From an uncultured Planctomycetaceae bacterium (GTDB lineage Bacteria > Planctomycetota > Planctomycetia > Isosphaerales > Isosphaeraceae), in NCBI GenBank assembly GCA_963803395.1, contig CAWDND010000098.1:1-42799 (forward strand): DNA of 42,799 nucleotides. Reading direction: 5' to 3'. A program made the position numbers and the translations under genes. The notes under the pieces were generated by a model. That model ran no database searches and was not told the origin of the DNA. It saw only the letters and a program-made list of their open reading frames with translations. Numbering within the stretch: position 1 is the stretch's first letter; each line of letters starts with the position of its first letter. Positions 12,379 to 22,556 of this stretch are shown here, in pieces.

Positions 12379-13146
12379 CTATCCTCGCCATCCTCCATCG
12401 ACTTCCAACTTATGCCCATTGATGTAGCTTGACAGTGGAGAGCAGAGGAACAGGACGGCGTTGGCGACCTCCTGGGGTTGTCCGAACCGCTGCAAGGGGA
12501 TGACCCGGACGAATTCGGCGCGGACGGGCTCGGCAACCGCCGCCATCATGGAGGTGTCGATGACGCCGGGGGCGACGGCGTTGACCCGGATGGCGCGGCG
12601 GGCACACTCGCGGCTCAGGACGCGCGTCAGCGCGTGGACGCCTGCCTTGGACGCCGCGTAGTTGGCCTGTCCGTAGAAGCCCGCCTCGGCCGCGAGGCTT
12701 CCCATATTGACGATCGCGCCGCCGTCCCTGAGGATCTCCAGGGCGTACTTGCAGCAATGGAAGACGCCCGAGAGATTGACGTCCAGGACGGCTTGCCACT
12801 CGTCGAGCGTCATCCGGGCCACGCTCCGGTCGCGGAGGATGCCCGCGTTGTTGACCAAGGTGTCGATCCCGCCCCACTGGTCGCGGATGGCATGCATCAT
12901 CGACTGCACAGCGGTGGAGTCTGTGACGTCGGCCGCGAGCACCAGCGCGCTCTCAGCGCGGGCCGCTTTCAGTTCCTCGGCCAGCCTGTCGGCGTCGGCC
13001 CTGGTCTGGCCCTCCCCTTGGTCGGGGTGATTGATGACCAACCGTGCCCCTGCTCGGTGCAAGGCCCGCGCGATCTCCGCGCCGATCCCCTGCGAAGCTC
13101 CCGTAACCAGCGCGGTCTGCCCCGATAAGTCGATGATGACACCCAT
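12379..13146 (-). CDS. SDR family oxidoreductase (FabG-like 3-oxoacyl reductase)
   Basis: [12 protein letters not shown] Rossmann motif, NNAG, catalytic YAASKAG; start at the ATG at 13144-13146. Confidence 0.9.
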   Translation of the reverse strand: MGVIIDLSGQTALVTGASQGIGAEIARALHRAGARLVINHPDQGEGQTRADADRLAEELKAARAESALVLAADVTDSTAVQSMMHAIRDQWGGIDTLVNNAGILRDRSVARMTLDEWQAVLDVNLSGVFHCCKYALEILRDGGAIVNMGSLAAEAGFYGQANYAASKAGVHALTRVLSRECARRAIRVNAVAPGVIDTSMMAAVAEPVRAEFVRVIPLQRFGQPQEVANAVLFLCSPLSSYINGHKLEVDGGWRG

Positions 13147-13225
13147 GCACGCTCTCTCGGAAGGAGGGAGATTTGAGAGGAAAGAACTCAACTTGACATC
13201 GATCCTGATCTCCGCGGCCGGACGA

Positions 13226-14183
13226 TCAGTCGAATTCGAGCCCATGGTCCGTGAGCCGGTAAGGACGGATCTCGTCGCCGCACGCGCTACCGCGGTGCTT
13301 TGGGATGTAGAGGGCGCGGCCCAGTCGGCCAGCTTCGCGGGTCCGGCCCATCAGGATGATCGTATTGGCGTTCGAGAAGATGTCGCCCTCGCCGATCGGC
13401 TCGGCCATCAGGTCGTCGAGCAGGATGTGCGGGGTCGTGTAGAGATAGAGGCAGCCGATCGCCTGGTGGTCATAGCGATGCTCGAGGACCTTCGGGCAAT
13501 TGGCGCGGAACTGTTCGCGGAACAGCTCGCGCGCGGCCCATTCGTCCTCCTTGCGGAGCACCTGGTGATAGAGGTATTCGAAGAACTCGAACTGGATCGA
13601 GTCGCCGAACCGCTCGGTCGGCTCGATCCCGTCGATGACGACCCGCCGAGAGCCCCGCACGAAGTGCTCGTAGAAGAAGCTGACCGATCGGCGCAAGATT
13701 CGGGCCAGGTCGGACTTCCAGGCGTGCCAGTCGTCAGGCTCGAGGTCGCGGCGCGGTGACGCGCCGGCCGACCCGCGCGAACGGGTGGAAATAGTCGCCC
13801 CGCGGCTGCGCGAAGTCCCAGACGCTGTCGAGGTCGAGCGGGGACTCGACCGGATACTCCGCGATCTTCCAGGCGAACTGGTCCCGCGCGTAGCCAGCAT
13901 GGTTCTGCGCATCGCCCCGGCTGGTCAGGTCGCAGATCACCCCGCGACGCCCCTCGGCGCGGAGCCCGACGTCGGCCCAGCGCAGCCCCAACTGGGTCTT
14001 GCCCGCCCCCGTCGCCCCGGCCAACACGGTCAGCGTGCCGGGGAGCAGCCCGCCCCCCAAGAGCTGATCGAGCACGGGGATCCCGAACCCTTCGCGCAGA
14101 CCCAGCCATGCGTTTCCCCTCTCCCGACGATTCCAGAACCACTCGTGCCCCGAGGCACACCGCCATTGTGGGGACCGAGACCC
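13226..14183 (-). CDS. KaiC-like single-domain RecA-superfamily ATPase, frameshifted near 13740-13760; N-terminal boundary uncertain
   Basis: [33 protein letters not shown] (KaiC/RadA-type Walker A) in ORF 13734..14075, and the KaiC-like C-terminus [26 protein letters not shown] in ORF 13226..13912. Confidence 0.65.
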
Positions 14184-14411
14184 CGTCGGGGCAAGTCTTT
14201 TGAGAGATTCCCTTCAAGTCATCACATCGATTCGCCGAACTAGGCTTGCGGAACCTCTGCAATCCGGTCATTCGTCACAATCGGTGGGCCCGATTCGGAT
14301 CAGGAGAGGGTCGTGTAGCGTCCGGTCAATCGATTTCTCGGAACAGGCAAGGAAGCTCTCAAGTGATCCATCAACCTTCGCTTTTCCGATCTGGGACTCC
14401 TCCTCTCCGTG

Positions 14412-16400
14412 GGATGGCGCGGTGGGGAAGAAGGTTGACTCTGGCGATCGGGCTCGGACCGGCGACTTGCGCTCGCGCAAGGGGTGGGGCCGATGACGGC
14501 CCCTCCCCCGGTGATCGAGCAGCCATCCTCGGACCCCAAGTTCATCGAACTTACCAAACCGTCTGCGAATCTGGCTTCCAAGCCCGATTCGCCCTCACCC
14601 GTTCCGACGGTGATGCCGATCGAGCCCCTGGCATCCCCGTCTCCCAGAGAACCGAGTGCGCCAAACATCGAGCAAAGTCGAAGGCTCGAGTATGAGCGTG
14701 ATACGACTGGCCTTGTGCCCTATCGTCCTCCGGGGCCTCAGTTCCGACAAGGTCGGGAGTCGGCGAGTAAGGTGAAGGCACGGATCGATCAGTTGATCAC
14801 CGTGGTTCAGGATCCCGAGGCCGAGATCAACGTGGTGATCGGTCACTACAAGTTGATCCAGATCGGAGCACCGCAGAAGAGAGACGCCAGCGAATCGCGG
14901 TCTCGAAGCCGACCGTCGCCGACGTCGAGCTTCTTGCCGAATCACCTAATAACACTCGTCTACTCAATATCTATGGTCTACGTTTCGGTACAACGACCAT
15001 CACATTCTGGGACGAGAACGATAAACCGTTGACGTTTCTGGTGAGGGTGACGATCGACACGCTCGATCTGGAAGCACGTTTGCGACAGGTCTTCCCAGGT
15101 GCCGTCCTGCATATTAGACAGGTCGGTCAGCAGCTTATTCTCGAAGGACAGGTGCCCGACGCAAAAACAATGAGCGATATCATCCAAGCAATCACGTCGG
15201 AGCTTCGATTGACCGGCCAAGCGTCGGCCGGAAGTCTCTCCGGAGCGCTGGGCTTCGGTGCAGGAGGTGGTGGCGGAGGAGGTGGTGGCGGAGCGGGGAC
15301 CAATGTCAGTGTCGGCACCACCCAGATTCCACCTGGCGTGGGCACCCAGGGGAATGCCCAGCCAGGACTGATAATCATCAATCGCGTCCACGTCCCGGGT
15401 CCGCGCCAGGTTTTGCTCCGCGTCAAGATCGCCGAGCTGAACCGCGATGCTATTCGGGAGCTGGGCGTGAGCTGGTTCCGGCCCAAGGACAACTCGCTGC
15501 TCGCCTCGCCGATCGGTGGTGCTGCCAGCATCAGCGGCACGGCCGGGCCGATCACGCAGACCAGCACGGGAGTCCACGGCGTCCGCACGCCGATCACGAC
15601 CAACTTCACGGCCACCGGCACCGCGACCAATACCGGCACCGCGACACTCTTCGGCATCTTCGACGCCTCGCAATTCGCGCTCTTCCTCGATGCCCTGAAG
15701 TCGAACTCGGTGGCCAAGATCCTGGCCGAACCGAATCTCATGGCGCTCGACGGTCAGCCGGCGCAGTTCATCGCAGGTGGGCAATTCCCCTATCCTGTCC
15801 CGCAGAGTTCGTCGATCCCGGGGGGCACGGCGGTCGTCACCGTCCAGTTCGCCCCGTTCGGCGCCATCCTGACCTTCCTGCCCATGATCCAGGCCAACGA
15901 CGTGATCCGGCTCGACGTCGAGCCGATCTTCAGCCAGCTCAACTTCGCGGGGGGGACCACGATCAACGGTGGCCAAGTCCCCGCGATCAACCAGCGAAGC
16001 GCCCGGACGATCGTCGAGCTCCGCGAGGGGCAAACGCTGGCGATCGCCGGCCTGCTGCAAACCACGACCAACGCCACCACCATCCGGGTCCCCGGCCTCG
16101 GCGACCTGCCGATCGTCGGGCCGCTGTTCAGCCGGAACCGAATCGAGACTGTCGAGACCGAGCTGGTCGTGCTGGTGACGCCCGAGCTGGTGGCCCCGAT
16201 GGAGGCGAACGAGGTGCCCGAGGCCCCCGGCGACCGCGTGATCCAGCCCAACGATTTCGAGTTCTACTTCCTCGGCCGGATCGAGGGCAAATCGGGCACC
16301 GACTTCCGCGACGGTCAAGGAACTCGACCCGCTGAACGTGATGAAGCACTTCCGTTGCGAGAACCAATGGGTAGTCGGGCCCCACGGACATGCCGATTAG
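14412..16400 (+). CDS. Tad/Flp-type secretin (CpaC/RcpA-like), frameshifts near 14480 and 14875; true 3' end uncertain (ORF reads through to 17164)
   Basis: Signal peptide MARWGRRLTLAIGLGPATCARA. A pilus-assembly N-domain (RIAVSKPTVADVELLAESPNNTRLLNIYGLRFGTTTITFWDEND...VRVTIDT) and a BON-like segment. Canonical secretin domain NSVAKILAEPNLMALDGQPAQFIAGGQFPYPV...TIVELREGQTLAIAGLLQ...PGLGDLPIVGPLFS...TELVVLVTPELV. Confidence 0.8.
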
Positions 16401-16438
16401 AGCGGTTTCCACTTGTTTGTATCAACGGAGGGTCCACT

Positions 16439-16473
16439 GTGCGGACCATCGGGCGGAATGATTCGGTCCGCAC
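16439..16473 (+). terminator. candidate stem-loop (9-bp perfect stem gtgcggacc/ggtccgcac, 17-nt loop) downstream of the secretin coding region
   Basis: Read directly from the sequence; there is no following T-run, so intrinsic-terminator function is uncertain. Confidence 0.3.
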
Positions 16474-16548
16474 AGCAAATTCTCCGAATCGACGGATGAT
16501 GCGAACGCCCCCGAGGAAACTGAGGTCAGGAGAGGAGAAATCCAAATC

Positions 16549-17219
16549 ATGTGGACGGGACGCGGGAGAGCGATCGGGAAGGCCGGTGCCCTGGCGACGG
16601 GGTGGCTCACAGCGTCGGCCTGGGCCTGGGTGCAGCGCCGGTCCCGCACAACCCGACCGGCGTAGTGTCGACGGTGGTCCCTTATCCTGCGACCGGCCCG
16701 ATGCCGGGGCCGGTCGTGCCATGGCCGCGGACCTTCCGAGAGAGGTTGTGCGACACGTTCATCGGCCGGCCGCAGGACTTCGTCGAGCCGCCGGCGGGGT
16801 TCTACTTGCGCGAAAACTTCGGCCTGATGAGGGCCAAGGCCGATCATCACCGGTTTATGCTCTACCGGAGCGACTTCCTTCCCGGTACGAACCTGTTCTC
16901 CCCGAGCGGGGCGACGCGGTTCAACCTGATGGCGTCGCGGCTTCCCGGGTGGCTGGGGCCGGTGGTGATCGAGTGGAGCCCCGACGAACCGGGCTTGGCC
17001 GAGTCGCGGCGTGCGGCCGTGGTCGCGACGCTACTGAATGCGAGCCTGCCGATCATCCCCGAGCGCGTGGTCATCGGCCCGTCGCCCTTTCCGGGGACGC
17101 TCGGCGTCGACGCCGCAGGCTACTACAACGTCATGATCATCCGCGATCAGAAAGCGCCGAATAACTATCCGACCAGCCCGGGAAGGTCATCCCCGACTGG
17201 TTTCGGAGGGACCCCCTGA
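16549..17219 (+). CDS. hypothetical secreted protein downstream of the secretin, possible frameshift in the first ~25 codons
   Basis: ATG at 16549 gives a signal-like MWTGRGRAIGKAGALATGWLTASAWAWV. The body (ORF 16551..17219) is a Pro/Gly-rich globular protein with no recognisable domain. Confidence 0.4.
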
Positions 17220-17220
17220 C

Positions 17221-18147
17221 ATGAGCACATCTCAGCGCCGAAAGTCCACATGGGCGTGTTCGAGGGCCGCGGTCCCCTGGCCCGGCCCCTGGCTCACGCT
17301 GGCGTGCCTGCTCCCGATCGCGGCGGCGGGCTGCAACGCCGTCCCCTGGAAACAAGGCAAGACGATCACGACGTCCTCCGCGGCGGACTCGATCGACTCG
17401 GCGGTCTCGAAGACCGACTTCCACCGCGAGGTCAGCCAGGATCAGCAGTACAACGTCCATCTCGAGATGGGCCGCATCTACGAGACGCAGGGGAGCTTCG
17501 AAGCAGCGGTCGCCGAATACCAGAAGGCACTCGACGCCTGCGCCGACAACGGCCTGGGTGGGGCGAAGGGCATCGGCGCCAGGAAGGCGCTGGCGCACCG
17601 TCGCATGGGTGGCGCGTTCGACCGCCTCGGGCGGTTCGCGCAAGCCGAGGCGCATTATCGCGACGCCTTGAAGTTCAATCCCGACGACCCCAAGGTCTGG
17701 AACGATTCGGGATACAGCGACTACTTGCAGGGCCGCTGGGGCGACGCCGAGCGCAACCTGAAAATGGCCGCCAAGCTCGATCCCGACAACCCGCGCTACC
17801 AGACCAACCTCGGCCTGACGCTCGCCGCCGCGGGCAAGACCGACGAGGCCCTGGCCGCGCTGAGCAAGGCGGGCGGTTCCGCCGTGGGGCACGCCAACCT
17901 CGGCTACATCCTGGCCTCACTCGGCAAGACCGATGAGGCGCGGAAACACTACCAGAGCGCGCTGAAACTCCAGCCCGACCTGGCCCCCGTCCGAATCGCC
18001 CTGGCGACGCTCGAGACCAAGCGGGTGCAGACGCCGCCGGGACAGAAACTCGCCGCGATCCCGGGACCCTCTGCGCCGAAGACCGACCCCGTCGTCCGCC
18101 GCACGTCCATCCCCCCACCCGTCACCAGCCGCCCAGCCCCGGAGTGA
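17221..18147 (+). CDS. TPR-repeat lipoprotein (TadD-like)
   Basis: Lipoprotein signal with lipobox LLPIAAAGC, then at least 5 TPR repeats (YNVHLEMGRIYETQGSFEAAVAEYQKAL..., AHYRDALKFNPDDPKVW...). Confidence 0.8.
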   Translation: MSTSQRRKSTWACSRAAVPWPGPWLTLACLLPIAAAGCNAVPWKQGKTITTSSAADSIDSAVSKTDFHREVSQDQQYNVHLEMGRIYETQGSFEAAVAEYQKALDACADNGLGGAKGIGARKALAHRRMGGAFDRLGRFAQAEAHYRDALKFNPDDPKVWNDSGYSDYLQGRWGDAERNLKMAAKLDPDNPRYQTNLGLTLAAAGKTDEALAALSKAGGSAVGHANLGYILASLGKTDEARKHYQSALKLQPDLAPVRIALATLETKRVQTPPGQKLAAIPGPSAPKTDPVVRRTSIPPPVTSRPAPE

Positions 18148-18279
18148 CCGCGCTCAGATGTCGGCTCGGTGTTCTTGCATGTTTCGGAAAGCAATCTCCG
18201 CCGAGGGCGGCGGTGCTCTCTCGAGGGCGTCCCGCCGCCCCCGGCGAGCATAAACGTCCCGGGATGCGTATTCTTAATG

Positions 18280-20562
18280 TCAAGGCCTCCCGGGCACCAT
18301 GGCACCCGGGAGGCTCGGGTATGGCCTCATGCCGGCGAGACCGCGACCACGGGCGGGGCCGCGGGTCCGGAGGCGTCGGGGGCGCGGGTGCCGTTGGCCG
18401 GAACGGGTTTCGACTCGACGGCTTGCTGCATCGATTCCATCGCCTGCCTGGCCATCCGGTCGGCGAACTCTTGCAGGGTCGAGGTCTGCGCCGGTGTCCG
18501 TGAGCTGGAAGCCGGACTTCTCGGCGACGAGGAGATTGATCAGCAGGCCGAGCATGCCCGAACTGGCCGCTTCGGAATGGCCGTTCGCGCCGGCGCCGTT
18601 GGTGCCGGCCACGAAGACGCGCTCGGGGACCAAGGGCTGCACGCTGTGGGCCAACTGCTCGGCGACGAGCGACAGCGCATACAAACGTGGGTCGGAGAAC
18701 GACTGGATCTTGCGGAGCAAGACCGCGGCCTCGGACAGGCCAATCTGGAGCAGGCGGGAGCCCTCGCCGCGGCCGGCCAGGATGCGCTGCTGGCTCTCGG
18801 CCTGTGCCGTCACGACCATTTGCTCGGCCTGCTTGCGGGCACGGACCAGCGCGGCCTCGCCTTCGTTCTCGGCGATGCGCACCTGGACCAGTGACTGCGT
18901 CAGCGAGGTCTGCAACGACGCCTGCGCCTGCGCCTCGTTCAGGCCTCGGAGCTTGTCGGCCGCGGCCACCTGGCGCTCGAAGGTCTCGATCTGCTCGATC
19001 GACAGTTGCCGGAGGCGCAACTGTTCAAGCAGTGTCTCAATCTTGCCGCCGGCCTCGGCTGTGTCGGGCTTGCCGATCAGCACGTCCACGCACTCGATGT
19101 CGAAGTCGTGGAACCTCCGGCGCAGCTCCTCGTGAGACTCCAACTGGATCTCGTCGCGCTCTTGGAGCAGTTGAAGCATCGTCTTCTTGTGCGCCACGTC
19201 GCGGAAGTAGGCGCTGAGCATGGGATCGAGGGTCTGCGTGATCAGCTTCTTCACGTCGCCGAACCGCTGGATGACGCTCGGGGCCTTCTGGTAGTCGATG
19301 TGCACCACCACCGAGAGCGGCAGCAGCGGTTCGTAGGCATCCTTGGTCACGAGATCGATCGACCGTAGGCTCTCGTCATACCGGTGCGACTCGGTCCGGC
19401 CGGTCACCCAGTGCAGGACGAAGTTCGTCGTCGGCACGAGGATAATGTTGCCGGCGTAGGTGTTGAACGGATACTTGCCCGGCCCCAAGGGCCGCCCCCG
19501 GACGCCCCGCTCGTCCTCGCCGACGCGCTCGCCGTGGCGGAATTTCTCGCCCGAGATGTCATGACCGGCCTGGCCATAGTAGCTGACGACCACCCCGACG
19601 TAACCTATCAGCACGACCGTCTTGGGGATCGACTCGACCGTCGCGAACCAGCGGTTGAGGAAGTACGTCCCGTCGGTCAGCGGCACGTACTGCAAGCCCC
19701 TGCGCCCGCCGGCGCGGAGGAAGGCCTCGGTGTCCTGGTAGTTGTTGTGATAGTTTTTGTCGTTCCGGTCGGTGCCCACGGCCGGAGCGATGATCTCGCC
19801 GGGTCCCAAGGACGGGCCGTCCTGTACGGTGACGATCCCGATGCTATCGACCAGGAACGTTGTGCCTGGGTTGAGCGGGTCGGGGGCCTCGATCGGGCCG
19901 CCGATCACGACCGGCAGGAAGCCGGCGACCTCGTTCAACTCGTTCTGCCAACTGACCAGCGTCTTCAGCTCACGCTGGCCGCCGACGTCGAGGCGATAGA
20001 CGGCGTCGTCGGTGATTACCACGAACAGCGCGAGGTTGAGGGCGTACACGCCCTCGCGCAAGATCGCCCGCTGCCGGCCGCGCTGGCCGAGTGTCGGCTC
20101 GCTCTCCGCGCCGTCCGGTTCACCCATGAGGAACGATCGCGCGTCCTGGAAGTTGTTGCAGACCACGACCCGGCCCAGCGTCTGGCTCGGGGGGAGCGGC
20201 ACACCGTCGCGGGCGTACACGTAGCCGATCTTCCCCTGAGGCACGGTCACCAGGGGCACCTTGTGGATGCGGAACTGCCAGCGCCAATACCCGAAATGCA
20301 GACCCCCGCGAAGCACGTCTGCCTGGAAACCCGCCTCACCGTTGAGGGCGATAATCCCCCCCTCGGACACGGAGCCCTGGGGAGACCAGAGCTTCTCGAC
20401 AATCCCCACGCGGTTATTGGAGATGTAGCGGATCCCCAACCCCTCGCTCAACACGATCACACCCACCACGAACGCAATGACCCATAAGACACCACCTGGA
20501 AAGGTGGGCAGCTCCAACTGGGCCCACGGAAGTGCCAGATGGATCAGTAGTGGTGATGCCAC
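18280..20562 (-). CDS. flotillin / SPFH (band 7) family protein with a long C-terminal coiled-coil; GTG start assumed at 20560-20562; the C-terminal ~70 aa may be read-through
   Basis: N-terminal TM (VLWVIAFVVGVIVLS), IRYISNNRVGIVEKLWS, SPFH core and flotillin-type coiled coil (LLQERDEIQLESHEELRRRFHDFD..., QAEQMVVTAQAESQQRILAGRGEGSRLLQIGLSEAAVLLRK). Confidence 0.8.
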   Translation of the reverse strand: MASPLLIHLALPWAQLELPTFPGGVLWVIAFVVGVIVLSEGLGIRYISNNRVGIVEKLWSPQGSVSEGGIIALNGEAGFQADVLRGGLHFGYWRWQFRIHKVPLVTVPQGKIGYVYARDGVPLPPSQTLGRVVVCNNFQDARSFLMGEPDGAESEPTLGQRGRQRAILREGVYALNLALFVVITDDAVYRLDVGGQRELKTLVSWQNELNEVAGFLPVVIGGPIEAPDPLNPGTTFLVDSIGIVTVQDGPSLGPGEIIAPAVGTDRNDKNYHNNYQDTEAFLRAGGRRGLQYVPLTDGTYFLNRWFATVESIPKTVVLIGYVGVVVSYYGQAGHDISGEKFRHGERVGEDERGVRGRPLGPGKYPFNTYAGNIILVPTTNFVLHWVTGRTESHRYDESLRSIDLVTKDAYEPLLPLSVVVHIDYQKAPSVIQRFGDVKKLITQTLDPMLSAYFRDVAHKKTMLQLLQERDEIQLESHEELRRRFHDFDIECVDVLIGKPDTAEAGGKIETLLEQLRLRQLSIEQIETFERQVAAADKLRGLNEAQAQASLQTSLTQSLVQVRIAENEGEAALVRARKQAEQMVVTAQAESQQRILAGRGEGSRLLQIGLSEAAVLLRKIQSFSDPRLYALSLVAEQLAHSVQPLVPERVFVAGTNGAGANGHSEAASSGMLGLLINLLVAEKSGFQLTDTGADLDPARVRRPDGQAGDGIDAASRRVETRSGQRHPRPRRLRTRGPARGRGLAGMRPYPSLPGAMVPGRP

Positions 20563-21017
20563 GGCGCAACTCCTTGGTGAACGAGCAGAAGGGCCAGGCC
20601 AAGCCAAGTCTTGGGTTGGAACCAGGCCCTCCGAAAAGTTGACTCCACGCCTCGGGTCGAAGCGGATCGTCCGATGGCTCGATCGCTCGGACGGAGGGTA
20701 TTCGCTAAGCGGCATGATTATTTCACGAATTGACAAAGGGCTGAATCAACCCCCGCTCGGACACGGTCATACCGACACAGGGCTTCTTGGTGGATGCCAG
20801 GCCGCTGGGAAGGCCTCAAGCCAAGACCGATGTCCGCATGTCCACCGGAATGGGGGAATCTCGGTGGTCAACGATGCTCCCGCATGATATGGTATTTATC
20901 TCCGTCCTGCGTCCCCGAACCCCGCAGTCTGATCCCTGTTTCAGGGGAGCCGCGCCCCGTTTCGCCTGAAGACGTTCGGCGCCTGGATGTCGTCTCCATG
21001 CGTACAAGGGATGTTGC

Positions 21018-21557
21018 ATGTACGAGCGCTATTGGCTAGTTCATCCCAACGGCGGCCGACAGTTGATCGACCCCCAGCAATTCGACATCGCGCGGCTTGC
21101 CGAGCAGGCCCGGATGGTTGGCGGCCAACTCGTCGTCGAGCACGAACCGCGGGCGTCCGCCCCGCCCGAGACCCCCGACAGCTCCCCGCGTCGGTTCGAG
21201 CCGCCGATCTCAGCGCTCGGCCCGTTCTTCCGCTCGCGGCTGGAACGGATCTATCTTTGTCAGGTCGCCTATCACATCGACATCAATACGCGACCTACTC
21301 TCCGGGTGCTCGGCGGATATTACAAGACGCGGCGGCTCGTGCGGGTCTACACACACGACCGCCAGCTCGGCCGCCGGTCGCTGGAGGAGTTGTTCGACAC
21401 GTTCCTGCACGAGATCGCGCACCACATCGAGTACACCGAGCCCGACTCGTTCCACGCGCGAGCGTGCGGGCGCGTTCCCGGCCGGATGCACAGCCGGCTC
21501 TTCTGGCGGATTCTGGGTGAGCTCAAGGGCCGCTGGGCCGATCACCAACGGCGATGA
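21018..21557 (+). CDS. DUF45/SprT-like putative zinc metallohydrolase (HExxH)
   Basis: HEIAHHIEY motif followed by HSRLFW, characteristic of YgjP/DUF45 (M48-like) proteins. Confidence 0.55.
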   Translation: MYERYWLVHPNGGRQLIDPQQFDIARLAEQARMVGGQLVVEHEPRASAPPETPDSSPRRFEPPISALGPFFRSRLERIYLCQVAYHIDINTRPTLRVLGGYYKTRRLVRVYTHDRQLGRRSLEELFDTFLHEIAHHIEYTEPDSFHARACGRVPGRMHSRLFWRILGELKGRWADHQRR

Positions 21558-21784
21558 AGGAAGGGGAGGGGATTCACCACAAAGGGGGAGTTTTTCGCAA
21601 GGGCGCAAAGCTCGCAAAGAAGGTACGAAGCGTCCTGTCCTCTCAAAGGCTCCTCGTGTCTTTCTGTGCGAGCTTCGCGCTGTGCGAGAGGCTCCCCCAC
21701 AAAGACCCATCGAGCACAAAGCAATAGTAAAAAGATCTTCATGCTTTGTGAACTTCGGGCCTTCGTGGTGACATCGCGCTGCGA

Positions 21785-22330
21785 TCACTCGGAGGCGAGG
21801 CCGAGTTCCTTGACCTTCTCGGCCACGTCGGCGCCGGCGCGTGCGGTGTTGATCTTCTTGTCGATGGCCTTGATGACGCTGTTCTTGTCGATGTAAAAGG
21901 TCCAGCGATGGGCGACGCCCCAGATCGGGTCGAGGACGCCGTAGGTCTCGGCGACGGCCTTGCTGGGGTCGCTGAGGATCGGATAATCGAGCTCGAGTTC
22001 GTCGGCGAACTCCCGATTCAGCTCGGGGTCATCGACGCTGGCGGTGAAGTAGGCGACGTTCAGTGGTTTCAGGGCAGAGCCGTTCTCGCGGAGCGACTTG
22101 CACTCGGCCGTGCAGCCCTTGGTCTTCGCCTTGGGGAACCAGGCGAGGACGACGGCTTTCTTCCCCTGGAAATCGGCGAGCGAATACGTCTTGCCGTCGG
22201 TCCCCTGGAGCGAGAAAGGGGGGGCCTTGTCCCCCACCTTCAACTCGTCCGCGGCCGCGCCGGCCGGGTTGCTGATCAGGGCCCCGCCCAAGCCCAGCAG
22301 GGCCGCCAGGCCCTTGATCGAATGGCTCAT
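21785..22330 (-). CDS. secreted peroxiredoxin (AhpC/TSA-Bcp family thiol peroxidase)
   Basis: Signal peptide [27 protein letters not shown]; thioredoxin-fold motifs [23 protein letters not shown]; start ATG at 22328-22330. Confidence 0.85.
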   Translation of the reverse strand: MSHSIKGLAALLGLGGALISNPAGAAADELKVGDKAPPFSLQGTDGKTYSLADFQGKKAVVLAWFPKAKTKGCTAECKSLRENGSALKPLNVAYFTASVDDPELNREFADELELDYPILSDPSKAVAETYGVLDPIWGVAHRWTFYIDKNSVIKAIDKKINTARAGADVAEKVKELGLASE

Positions 22331-22556
22331 CTCGACCTCCTTGAAATAATGGTGTCGGCTCATCGCACGTCTCATCCCCGCGACTGCGTGGTGTCGGGTT
22401 ATTGAAGGTAGCACTCGCGATCACCGCTTTCAATCAATTCGTCAACATCCCCGGCGAGGCCTCGGCGACCGGATGGGATTCCCTCGACCCTGGGGCAGGG
22501 GGCTGGTTACACTGCACGGGACCGGCCGCCTGTGAACTTCACCGACTTGGGGTCTG

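Noticed and set aside
15127-16318. Minus-strand ORFs 14978..16318 (446 aa) and 15127..15741 overlapping the secretin
   Set aside because: They are antisense to a canonical secretin domain and have no recognisable motifs.
16551-17164. Read-through of the secretin ORF to 17164 (711 aa)
   Set aside because: Beyond about 16330 the translation becomes Arg/Pro-rich with no secretin-like sequence, and it overlaps the next gene in another frame. The true stop is probably near 16330-16400 after an uncorrected indel.
19384-20487. 367-aa + ORF and 18299..19135 + ORF opposite the flotillin gene
   Set aside because: They are antisense to the SPFH/flotillin gene, which has a conserved domain architecture.
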